Shown piece after piece: positions 20,467-32,700 of a stretch of DNA of 64,000 bases. Under the pieces are notes generated by a model, which saw only the letters and a program-made list of their open reading frames with translations, searched no databases and was not told the DNA's origin. The translations under genes and the position numbers were made by a program. The stretch lies in the IMG/VR virus record IMGVR_UViG_3300035204_002571, positions 17,921-81,920 of that record; one strand, 5' to 3'. This stretch comes from a virus. The first letter of the stretch is position 1; the number at the start of each line of letters is the position of its first letter.

Positions 20467-23400
20467 ATGGCAAGATTTAGATCATTTAGTGAGATTGTTT
20501 CTACGATGATAGATAGACTGAAACTTTCTCAGCCAAATCTTGATACAAAACCCGGAACTGTTTCTAGGGATTTGTTTGTAGATTTGCCTGCAGATCAAAT
20601 AGCAAGGCTGTATTCTTCAATAAACTTGGTGTCAGAAAAGCAATCTCTGGCAACGACTGTAGGAAGAGACTTGGATCGATTAGCTTCAAACTTTGGAACC
20701 TCAAGAAATACTGGATCATCCGCAAGTGGAATTGTTGTATTTTGCACAAATAGCTTAATGACAGATATATCTATTCCAACCGGAACCGTTGTTACTTCGA
20801 AAAATGGATCAAAATTTAAAACAATTGGAAACTTTGTAATGTCTTCTGCTGATAAAAATAGATTGGCAGCAAATGCCAATCGTATACGGCGTGCGCTGAA
20901 TATTGCCGGAATCAGCAGCTCATATGCTTTGGAGGTGCCTGTTCAGTCTGTTCGTCCTGGAACTACAGGGAATGTAGGATCTCTACAAATAATTAATACA
21001 GATCTTGCTTTTCCGGTTTCTGTAACAAATCTGACAGCAATGGTCGGAGGAGCCAACAAGGAGACAGATAACTCTTTTAGATCTAGAATTTTGTCTGTTT
21101 TTAGCGGAGCAAATATAGGGACATCCTCTGGATATAGAAACTCTATTCTTGGGGTCAATGGTGTGCTTGATGCATTGGTAGTAGAGCCGGGAAGTTCATT
21201 AATGTTAAGAGATGGCACAGAGACGATAGAGACGGGTGACGGGTCAGATAGAATTATAAGCTCTGGAACAGGTGGCAAGGTAGATATATATGTATTAGGA
21301 AGAAAGGTTCAAGAGGTATCTGAATCTTTTATCTTTACAGACTTATCTGGTTCTGGAAATATTTCTGATGAAAGAAATGACTATACCTTGGGGCAGGCCG
21401 GCCAGGACCCGACCAGAACATCTGAGGAAAGAAGGGTTTTGGCATTTAAAAATGGATCACTACCAGTGCAACCTGTTGATTCAATGGTTTCTGTGACCGG
21501 CAGCTCTTCGGGTCTTTTTACAGAGTCTTACGAAGATAGCGACGGAGTTGTCTATGGAAACTTTGAGCTGGAAAAGGATTTAAATCCGGAAACTGGAGGC
21601 AGTCCGTTTGGTTTTGACAAAATACATTTTATATCTAATACGAAGATCGTAGAAGGAGAAGGGCTCACGAAGATTGGATCTTTTAGCTCAGAAGCCCTTT
21701 CTTTTAATGATATCAATGAAATAAATCAAGTATATAGAGATATCAATGAAACAGGAGAGAATTCTGAAGTGAGTTCTGCAGGGAATGAGTTTATAAGTTT
21801 AATACACACCCCTATAATTAGAGTTAGTCAGGTTCAAAATAAGACAACTGGAGAGGTATATTCGGTTGTAGATCAAAATCTGGATTCAGATGGATTAAAT
21901 ACTTCTGGAGTGATAGAGATTTCAGGAAGATCTCTTCCTACTGCTGCAGATATCTTAAGTGTAAATTATACATGGAGGCAGGTATATGATCCATATGTAG
22001 ACTACGCCGGATCATCAAGCTTATCCCAGTTTAGAGACTCATCTTTGACTGATTCTATAGACTGGTCCTCTACCGGTGGGATTTTCGAAGAAGAGTCCGT
22101 AGTAACAAAATCAGAAGATGATTTGATGTTTCAAGTAAAGCTTGCTTATGACATCTCCAAGGTTATCTCTGTATATAAAAGAGAAGAGGTTGAGTCAACA
22201 ATTAGCGTGGTTGACACGTCAGGCACAACGGACTTAGTCGGGATTGAGCTTGACTCTGCAGATGAGGCTATAGACAATATAGTGTCTATTCGAAGAGCTA
22301 GTGATAATTTGGAGCTTTATAATACATTAGCAGCAGATGGAACGTTTGACGCAAGAATTATATATTTGCCATCCGATTCCGTAGGGTCTATTGATGATGA
22401 AGTTGTTGTTTATTATAATAAGGTAGAATTATTTGATATAAACAAAACAGATGGATCATTCTACAATAACGTTGTGGCCCTACCATCCGAGGGGGTGTTG
22501 GACGCAGAAGAGGTTTTTGACACAGTTGAAGACCTGTATTTATCTGGAGATGAAGTTTATGCAACTTATGTTGCAGATATAAGCATTGTGCATCCAAGCA
22601 CAAGCTTGAGCAATCTTCCAATCACAGGAGGAGAGGCTTCGAATACTCTTCTTGGATTAGAGGGTTCTGGGTCTTCTACGAATCAACCAGTATTTTTCGA
22701 ATATGATTCAGGGGGAGATCCTCATTCTATTATCAAATTCGGGCCGGCTAATTTGGATATTAAAGTATCGGGAATTTCTAAACCAGGCAAGATAAAGGTT
22801 TCTGGAGTAACTCTGAATAGATATACTGTAGATGTAACTGCCGGGACAGCAATGAGTGGATTTGTGTTTGATATAGAATCTGAGTTAAAAACAGCATTAG
22901 ATCTAACCTCTATACCTAGCAATATGGGGATAGCGAGGGTGGATAAGGTATGTTTGCTAGATTCTTATGGTGAAATAGATAAAGAGTTTAATATTCTTGG
23001 ATACTATCTAAATGACATAACATATGATATAGGCTCTGCTCAAGCTGATTCAGACCTAGATAATTCTCACTTTACTTTGCCATCTACTTCAACTAATAGC
23101 GCTATATCTATTAGTTCTGGAGATACGATAAGGGTAGAGCTGCTAGTATATAATACAGAGGGTTATGAAGAATTATATTATTCCTCCTCTGAGCTAAGAA
23201 CTACGAGCAATAGGTTTGCCAGAATCGATAGGGTTTCTGTGTCGTCTGGTTTTAGGTCTGTAACTGGGAACCTAATAGGAAGTGTTGAGATAATGATGTC
23301 AAGCCAGCCGAAGTCTGGCTCTACGTATTATGTTGATTATGACTTTTTGGCGCCAAAAGAGGGCGAGAGAATAACTGTATCTTACAATGTTAACAAACTT

Positions 23401-23790
23401 ATAGCTGACGCTACAGTCGAAATAGAGAGAGTTAGGCCTGTTACCGCAGATATTCTTGTGAAAGAAGCAGAAGACCTAACGGTTGACGTAGAGGGCATGC
23501 TTCTTATAAATGAAGAAGCCTTGGGAGAGGCAGATAAGATTGTGGAGAATGTAATAAATTCTGTTACGAATATAATAAATACATCAAGCCTTGGTTCTAT
23601 TGTAGACTATTCAGATATAATAGCCGTAGCCGCTGGAGAGAGCGGGGTAGATTCAGTTAATATTTCCCTATTTAATGAGTCTGGCAAGACTGGAAGAAAA
23701 GCTTTTATAAAGGCATTAGACAATCAAACGATATCTCCTGGAACGGTTATATTCGAAGCAACATCTAGAAATAAATTTAGAATCAATTAG
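20467..23790 (+). CDS. Baseplate J-like (gp6/gp47) wedge protein with large central insertion
   Basis: DTKPGTVSRDL, GRDLDRLASNFG..R, IPTGTVV, GTTGNV, GGANKETDNSFRSRI, GKVDIYV and C-terminal RPVTADILV...GVDSV. AGGAG RBS upstream. Confidence 0.85.
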   Translation: MARFRSFSEIVSTMIDRLKLSQPNLDTKPGTVSRDLFVDLPADQIARLYSSINLVSEKQSLATTVGRDLDRLASNFGTSRNTGSSASGIVVFCTNSLMTDISIPTGTVVTSKNGSKFKTIGNFVMSSADKNRLAANANRIRRALNIAGISSSYALEVPVQSVRPGTTGNVGSLQIINTDLAFPVSVTNLTAMVGGANKETDNSFRSRILSVFSGANIGTSSGYRNSILGVNGVLDALVVEPGSSLMLRDGTETIETGDGSDRIISSGTGGKVDIYVLGRKVQEVSESFIFTDLSGSGNISDERNDYTLGQAGQDPTRTSEERRVLAFKNGSLPVQPVDSMVSVTGSSSGLFTESYEDSDGVVYGNFELEKDLNPETGGSPFGFDKIHFISNTKIVEGEGLTKIGSFSSEALSFNDINEINQVYRDINETGENSEVSSAGNEFISLIHTPIIRVSQVQNKTTGEVYSVVDQNLDSDGLNTSGVIEISGRSLPTAADILSVNYTWRQVYDPYVDYAGSSSLSQFRDSSLTDSIDWSSTGGIFEEESVVTKSEDDLMFQVKLAYDISKVISVYKREEVESTISVVDTSGTTDLVGIELDSADEAIDNIVSIRRASDNLELYNTLAADGTFDARIIYLPSDSVGSIDDEVVVYYNKVELFDINKTDGSFYNNVVALPSEGVLDAEEVFDTVEDLYLSGDEVYATYVADISIVHPSTSLSNLPITGGEASNTLLGLEGSGSSTNQPVFFEYDSGGDPHSIIKFGPANLDIKVSGISKPGKIKVSGVTLNRYTVDVTAGTAMSGFVFDIESELKTALDLTSIPSNMGIARVDKVCLLDSYGEIDKEFNILGYYLNDITYDIGSAQADSDLDNSHFTLPSTSTNSAISISSGDTIRVELLVYNTEGYEELYYSSSELRTTSNRFARIDRVSVSSGFRSVTGNLIGSVEIMMSSQPKSGSTYYVDYDFLAPKEGERITVSYNVNKLIADATVEIERVRPVTADILVKEAEDLTVDVEGMLLINEEALGEADKIVENVINSVTNIINTSSLGSIVDYSDIIAVAAGESGVDSVNISLFNESGKTGRKAFIKALDNQTISPGTVIFEATSRNKFRIN

Positions 23791-23798
23791 GGAAAAGC

Positions 23799-26700
23799 AT
23801 GTTAAGACCAGTTTCTTTTTCAATACCATCCAGTACTGAACTTAGAGTAAAATTTAATGATGAACCAAATGAATTATTAAGTAAAGATAATTTCTTAGTC
23901 GAATCAGTAAGTGGAAATATTGATGATCTCGAAGTAACAAAAGTTGCAATCGATGGGCGTGCCGTAATTGTAACTACAAGGCCCCAAGTCGTTGGGAACT
24001 TTTATGTCTTAAAGCTTTTAGATTCAGATGAAGTTTTGTTTACATCTGCCAAAGGAACCCCCTTAGTAAATGATGATGTAAGCAGAGAACTATTCTTTAT
24101 AGGGCTAAAGAATCATAATCCAATTAGAGATCGAATGGTCTCAAAGGTTCCTAAGCTTTATAATCTAGAAAATTCAAATGTTAATAAGATTATTGAGGCT
24201 CAAGCGGAGGAGTTGTTTCAAGCTCAAAAACATATTGGAGAATTATTAAGTGATAACTACATCTCCGTCGATGTTGTTGATGAGCAGAGAACTAGAAGTT
24301 CAGGCGCAACAGATAGGCTGATTAATGAGAATGCATATTTAGTAAAAAGAGTTTCCGAAAAGCTTACAAATGCCAGCTTGACATTTGATACAATTAATTA
24401 TACTGAAGACTCTGGTATAGATGGACATTTTTCTATACCAAATTATCCAATATCTTTACAAGAGGTTTACGAAGAAGATGAGGAGATATCTCTTTCTTCT
24501 GAGAACAATAGCTTTAAAGGATTTTTGATATCGTTAACAAACAAAAACGTAATAAAACTAACTAACTTAAAACTTATAAAATCTACTGATGAAGAGGATT
24601 GCAACGAAGAGACTGGAACAGAATATAATATTTCATTATACAAATATTCGATTAATAACAACAGATATGATCCGACATATGCTTTTAGCAATATTGACTT
24701 GGAGTCAAATCAGGTATTGCTTTCTGAGTTTGGAAATATAGATGAGCCAACGGTTGGTGATACAATTATGGTGTCATATCTTTATAAAGACGTTGGAAGA
24801 AAGGTTAATGAGGCTTCAATAGAAATATATAATTTACAAGAAGTTGAGTCCGAGTCTGTTCCGACTAATATAACTAGATTTTTTCTGGATAATGCGCCTA
24901 TAGTTGACTCTAATAATGATGTTCCAGAGAGGGGCGGCGTGACGTTTAGAACGGGAGAGAACCTGTCAGATGTGCCGGATGAATTTCAAAGAGAGCTTGT
25001 ATTTAACGCCTCAAAGCTGCCATCGAAGCTTGGAGAATATGCAATAGATTATTCGACAGGAGAAGTTATAGTCGTAGGGGCAGAGGAGATTGGCGATGGG
25101 ACTGGGGCAAACAATAATATTGCATCATATTTGTATAGAAATGTTTTTTCTAAAAACTTAGATTATTATATAAAAGATGATGAGTTTGTTGCATCAAGCA
25201 ATAGAAGTATCGTCAATGAAGAGGTGTCTATAGACTTTAATTATGATAAAGTTTATGTAGAAGGAGTCGATTATCGAGCACCCTGTCATACAGAGGTTTT
25301 TAATGAATATGTTGAAAATAACTTTGAATCCTCATTTGTTATTAAGCCTAAAAATACTCCCATAACAAACGTATTTAGAATTTTTAATCAGACAACAGGT
25401 GAGGTCTATCCGCTGTTGTATCACACAAGAGATGAGGTTGTATTCTCTGGAGTGAGATCTCCAGAATTTAGGACCGAAATCAGTGAGTTGGCAGACTTTA
25501 ACTTGGTTGAACTAGAAAAGTTGAGTCCAATAGGGGAGTTTGTTTGCCCTGCTTTCTCTGTGACAATATCGGCCAATGCATCGAATAGTAATATTCAGTT
25601 TTATCCGGGAATTCCCGCAGAATTAATTGATTATAATTCTCAAGATTATTTTATAAGAAGCACTGGCCTGGACGGTTCTGATGATCTTGAAGACTTGCAA
25701 ATAAGATTCTTTGGAGAGCCCGATTCTGATAACTTAATACAATCTGTTGCAATAAGCTCTACGGCTACTGCGCCAAGTCTAAAGGAAGTTGTAACAATTG
25801 GAACAAAAGGTTTGGTGTTTAGTCTGGATAACTCTTATATTATAAACAACTCTAGAGATGCAATAGGGTCACATGTGAATACATCTGCAGAGTTTTCTAG
25901 ATATGATCTTTTTCTTGTAGAAAAGTATTTTAACGAACTCTCTTCAAACCCCGGAACAGAGAGAGTGGGAGATGACAGCCTGGCATCCTCTATTTTGTCT
26001 TCAAAGGGAGACGATTTTTATGAAAACCTATCAAGACTAAGGAGGGTTGGAGATTACTGTATAGACTATAAGCATGGGCAGGTATATCTTGCGATGTCAT
26101 ATGATCAAGATTACGAACTAGGCAGCGTTAATTACAGGCATGGAGCTATAACGACATTTAATAGAAATATAATCGGAGTTACAGAGGCTACTAAAAAGCT
26201 CATATCCTCAGACTCTTTGGAGGACTCAACCATAATATATGATAAGGTTTCCAATACCAGCGAAGAAGCAAGCATTCTTGATTTAGAAAACACTATTTTG
26301 CTGCCAGATGGAGAAACTATGGCGCTAAACTCTGATGGCGAATTAGACGATATATGTATCATCTTGGATGACTATACGGTTGTTCTTCCGAACAAGGCTT
26401 CAGATGTAAACGGAATTTATACGCTAAGCTCATTAGAGGGCGATAACTTATCTTCTTCGGTCAGAGAAATTAGAGAGGAAGATCTTGGATCAGACCTTAT
26501 AAACGAGTTGGTCAAAAATGGTGGAGGAAATCTTTATGATTCTACATTTATGACATTTGAAGATAATGTTATAGATCTAAAGAAGACATATAGTACAAGA
26601 GTCGCGGAAAGTGGGGATGACTATACTATTATAATTAATGATTCAGAATTTGGAGAAATTTATAAAATTATACATACGTCATCTGGTGCTGAAATATTTG

Positions 26701-29700
26701 ATGAAAAATTAAACGTTATAAAGTTGGATGATTTAGAGGTAGTTTATGCAGAGCAAGATGAAGATGAGGTGATTATAGATATAAAATCAGGCCCTATATT
26801 GGACTCTTTAGACGTAAATGGAGACTTTCTGCTAGATAGCAGAGGCAGCAGATTTAGGATAGTTGACTTTGATCCTGAAACATCTCAGGTTGTGGTTTTG
26901 ACGCCAGCAGAGAATAATGTAGAGGCGGAATTGCCTGAGCTTGGAGGGGCCCAAGTTATTGTTAAAGCTTCGGTAACCTCGTCCGACACTGGTGTTGTAA
27001 TAGTTATTCCTTCTGATTCATATATAAACGATAGAGACCCAATAGATGTTATATATACAACGTCTAATACGCCGAGCGCAGGAACCAAGGTTGGAGTCGA
27101 TCTTCGTTCTGGAAGGCTTTATTTAAATTACCTGTACTCATATGATGATGTTTATGTATCATATGAATATGGAGATAACGAGATAGATTGGTCAATTGGA
27201 AGCTCTATTTTAGAGGGTCAATCTTATCATGTTACATATAAATATGGAGCATTGAGAGATGCTCTTAAAAAGAATTTTGGCATATTAACAAAGATTCCAT
27301 TTTTTCAAAGATTTTCTATAAATACAGATAGAGAGCTATATAGAAGCGCTTTAGAGGGAACGATGCAGGCGTTTACAAAGGGTCCGACCATTCCGGCCTT
27401 TGAAGCTCTTGTTGAATCGTTTACTGATATTTCTCCAGAGATTACTGAGTCAGTTTTTGGTAACTGGATTTTAGGCAGGGACTTTCTATCTCCAGAGGAG
27501 CTAAAGGCAGATGGTACGTTAGAGTTTAAAACATGTAAATTTGGCGAAGGAGTGATGATAAATAATGATACAGCAATTTATATGCCAGCTGTTTCAAATA
27601 TTAATTTAGACGAAGGAACTATATCTGCATGGATATGCCCAGAGTGGGCCGGAGTAGATAATGATGCTACATTAACGATAGATATAGATAATATTGGAAC
27701 AAAAAATTATATTTATAGAATTGGAAGCAATCCCTTTGATTACGATAATCATTTTAATATCCTTGCCTCTGAGCATGCCGTGGGAGGTTCAGATTATTCA
27801 TCTCCCAGCATAACTTTACATAACTTTACAAGCTCATGGAAAGATGGAGTTGAAGGTGGAGAGGAAGAGGAATTTATTGGAGCGTTCGCCCTAACCAAGG
27901 AGGAGCCATCTATAGATAGATCTGTAAAGACAGAGCTTGATCTATCTCTTAAGGTATCAAGCTTTTCTGCTCCTGAGGCAATAAATCCCCCAAGAAGAAG
28001 GCCTTCTGAAGATTTACCTTTCAATAGGGCTAATTTGGGCATTCTGGGCCTTGGAAAGTCGCTTTCTGATGCTTCTAGAGGTCTGATTGTAGCGGGAAGC
28101 GAAGAGGATCTGTATCGCTTCTGTAGCCCAGCCTTTGTGTCTATAGGAGATAAGGAAAAGCTGTTATTTATGATGTTTTCTTTAAGGCCATTATTTAACC
28201 CTGAAAGTGGAAGGATATATACTTTTAGAGTTGGGTATGAGCACATTGAGGCTAATGAAATACCGGATTATAACAGGCTTCATGTTACTCAAAACTGTGT
28301 ATGTTCAGTTGATGATACGTTAGAAGAGCTGTCAAAGTTTAGAGATAAAGATTTTCAATCAATCAAGGTTGATTTGGATTTCAATATAGACTTTGGATAT
28401 ATAAAAGATGTAGATGTTCCATTTGACAATGTTCCATCATCATTCAGGATTCTTGATACGAGAGGGGCCGTGTATGAGGTGTATGCCTTTTTGGATGAAG
28501 ATGATAATGTTATATTGGATGAAATTCCGAATACTGTATCTGGGTTTATAGTAAATAGAATTCCGGAAAATCAACAATATATTACGGCACAAGGCGCGGA
28601 AGCTATAAACGATCTTCTCCCAACCGGTGAGATAACAGTGCTTTATCAGACAATGTCTGTCTTGACCAACGTTGATCCAGATGCAAAAAAATATATTGGA
28701 TATGAAGGTAAAAGCTACATAGTTGATTGGATGTCAGATTTTGTAAACTTTAATATACTAAGAGATCCAATGAATAATAACGTAGAAATAACAGTAAAAA
28801 GCTCTGTTGATTCTAGCAAGAAAAATATAAAACTTTTTTATACAGACCTTATCGACGTTGAGATGGAAGAAGCTATTTATGAGGGTTTAAATTTTGATAA
28901 ATGGTTTAATATCGTTGGAGACGTAACCTCTGTGAATAATTCAAGCAGTCTATCTAACAAGATAGCCGTTGGGACGTTAGACAGAACTACAAAATCTGTT
29001 ATTGACATAGGAAGACTAAAGTACTCTGTTCACAACAGGTTTAGTGAGGAGGATGTTTATATAGGAGCAAGCGCCCGTAATCCGTTAAGAATACCGTTTG
29101 ATGTTAATAAATATGATTTTCCAGACACATCAGTTGGGCTGCCATATAATGCAGATTCCGATGAAGGTTTGTTTATATGTTTTGACGAGCTATGCTTATC
29201 TCCGCTGGCAGAAGACGCTGGACAATGGGTATTTAGATCTCGGGCTGGAAATTCTATTTATGCGCCAACTAGTGTATATCCAACTGAAGATGGGCATGAA
29301 TTTGGATACTCTTATGTTCCCCTTTCTCATGTATTCTCTGGAACTATAAATACAGACGGTGAATTCTCGTCTGTAGTGAGGGCTCATAGGGATGAGGATG
29401 GAACGGGGTGTCCCACTGGGTTGGTTTGCTCTTCTGAGTACAGATATTGTGGAGATGGCCTGCTAGAGGGTACGGAGAAGGGCAGTGGATGGAGGCGTAT
29501 AAACGAAACAAGCTCAGAGCTTATAAATATTTTAATCGGCGGATCTCAAGGCGAGTCTTCCGCATGGATGAAGTTTGGGCACTTTAATACGAGCGCTATT
29601 GGCGGGGTTTATAGAGCCGGCCCTTCTGAACCGCACGCTGATAACTGCAATCATGACGTAACTGACCCTGCAGGTGGTAACCACTTATATACAAAGCTGC

Positions 29701-32700
29701 CATGTTATGGCGGAGATTACTCCGCTACAGTATCGTTTAAGGTATCGGAAGTAGATCACAAGATTGTAAATTCATCGGCAGGAAGGTTCCAGGGGGCAAC
29801 GTCTGGAGTTATGACCGGAATTACTCCAATCCATATTTATGATGACTCAATAAGCATAAAAGTTTCATTGGCAATAAGCAACTCTGGTCAGCCACTGATA
29901 TTGGTCATCGACGGCTTCTCAGAGGAGATAATTGACATATCGTATTTTAATTGGGACGATGGATTCTTTAACGTTCTTTCATTGATTAAGGATATGGAAA
30001 ATGAAACAATCACAATTACATCCGAGGGCCAAATATTAAGCAAGCTTAATATTAATGATTTTGAAGAGGGCGATACTGAGGCGTGTGGAAAAGATCTCCG
30101 TGATAAATCACCATTTTTTGCAATACACCTATTTGATGCATCGTTGCTAAATATAGTTGATTTTCATAATAAATATTCTGGAAATATTATAGATATAGGC
30201 TTAATAGAGTATAGCGCAAGATTAGAGGATGGTGTTAATGCTTTCGAAGATGAGGATATCTTTATAAGCACAGACTCCAAGATTGAGTTTGAATTCAATG
30301 TAGTTGCTGCCGAAGATGGATATTTAGATGGATATTTAGATGGATATTTTGAAGGTTACGGGTACTCTTCGGATCAAGAGTTTGATGTAGATGAGGTTTA
30401 TTTTACATCAGATAAGCTTAGGTATGTTTTTGATAGCGGTGAGGGTGGTTCGGAAAATAGAATCTCTATTTTTAAGGATGGCAAAGGATTCATGAATTTT
30501 AGAATTTATGACAACTCTCTGTCTGCAAGGGGCGATGTTAACATGTATAATATTGCAACAAACATAAAAGACTTTAAACCAGGAGAGCTTCATCATGTGG
30601 CAGCCAGTTGGAGATTGAATACTATTTATGAAAAAGACGAGATGCACCTGTTTATAGATGGTCTTGAAGCTCCAAATATTTATAAATTCGGCGGACCAGT
30701 TCTGGTAAGGATTAATGATAAATTTTCAGATATAAGCAAGGAGGTCTTGCAAGACTTTTTGGTAGATGGCATTGATTTTTGCAATACTTTTTCAGACGGA
30801 ACAACCCTGGCGGGATCATCTACTTTTTCGTCAAATCAGGCAGGGTTCACATCAGATATGGTTGGAAGGTCTGTAATATTCTTAGAGTCCAGTATAGCTC
30901 CAACATATGTCGGCAAAGAGTATATTATAAACAGTGTAGATGGAAACAGTGTAACATTTGTTAGGGGTAGTGATTTAGATATAGTTTCTTTTGATACCTC
31001 GGCTTCTGATATAATCTTCATGCTTCCTCCGACCGCCGGAATCAAGATGCCGATTGCAACAGATCTGAGAAATAGTGAGTTTGCGATATTTAAAACAAAT
31101 TGCGAAGGAGAAGAAGAGGAGCTAGGCGGCGTATTGTATACGGTTGAGGATGGGTCGATAAATGTTCTTAATGGAGAAAATGTAATAAATCCACAATATC
31201 GAGCTAATATAGATACGAAAATAGTTGAGTTTATAGGGAAAGATGATGAATGCAATTTTACAGGAACTATTGATTTTTCGGATTTAGATATTCATATAAA
31301 AACATTTGGATTGATTTATGCAAATTGCAATGACATAATAAATTTGTCGAGTTCGTCATATTATGTATTAGACAAGAAGGAATATGATGTTAATAGCGGA
31401 AAGAGTGTTATTTTGTCGCATGCGGCAGAGCCTGTATCTCTTGAGGATGTGACAATAAAAAGAATAGTGCTGCCAAGAGTGATTCCAAGCTTTGAAGATA
31501 TTAGCGAAGAGTGGGATTACCCATTTGCCAAGATAGAGTTTGAGATGCCTTTGGAGAGTAACGATGGAAGCACGCTGTTAAGCTGTCAGCCAGGCCAGGT
31601 CTATAAAAAGAATGCCGGCAGATATTTGACGTTAAATTTTGATTCTGATAATGTCGTTTTTTGCGGCGAGCTTGACGGGTATGTAGATGGGTATGAAGAG
31701 GCTGATGCGTATCCAAATATCATAAAGATCGTAGGAGAGACTGTTGACGGAACTAATTATGAAGAATTTACTGTAACAGGGAATGGAGACATTCATGGCA
31801 AAAAGTTGTTTAAATCTGTACAAGAGGTGAAGGGCAGGCTCTACCTGGCCGATTCGGACTACGAGCCATGTGTGATTAGCATTTCTGAAACCAACTCTAT
31901 AACGGTTTCCAATAATGATGGAGAATATGCAGAGGTATTTAAGTATACAAATGGAAGTCTTGTCTTGACATCGGTTGGGTCGAATGGAGTTTACCCCTTT
32001 GAACTGCACCCAGGCAGCTATCATCTGAGCTATCCTGCATTTTTAAAGATAGCCATACCAAATGTTGGAGATAAGGCATATATCGGATGCGATATGAATA
32101 GCCAGAATCAATTTGGAGGTACAATAGATGAGTTTAGAGTCATAACAGAGATGTCAAGCGACACAAGGCCTACCGAGAGCGACACAAATGGCACAAGAAG
32201 CATTACAGAGGATTATCTGAATCCTAATCCGCATTGTGCAGATGATCAAACGCTTGTATTGGCACACTTTGATGACCCCATAGACCTTCAGGCTAGAAAG
32301 CTAAGACAGAAGGAGTTTTTAAATACGGAGAGCAACTTTAAGTTCAAGCTGGACTTGGAGGATAGGGAGACACTATTGTCTTATATAAATAATAAGGATT
32401 TATTTGTATCAAAGATGATCCGTATGGGCTATGAGAGGGATGCCGCAATAGAAACGTATATTGAGTGTCACCATGCAATGGGCGGCCCGCTGTTTAATGA
32501 GGCAAAGTTTGTACGAAGCGATGAGATGTTAGTCAGCTCAAGCAGTGTTAATGATGAGTTTGGGCTATCTGCCAAATTCTTTAATACCCCACCTCTGGTT
32601 ATGAATAACAGACTTTCTTACTTCAGAAGAAACGAGGGAACGATTGAGTTTTGGGTAAGTCCGCTTATGGATACAGTTGGAGATGAAGAAGATAGGTATT

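Noticed and set aside
29445-29475. Myxococcus-type Cys-rich repeat (CGDG...)
   Set aside because: Single CGDGLLEG without the following E.CDDGN, so insufficient.
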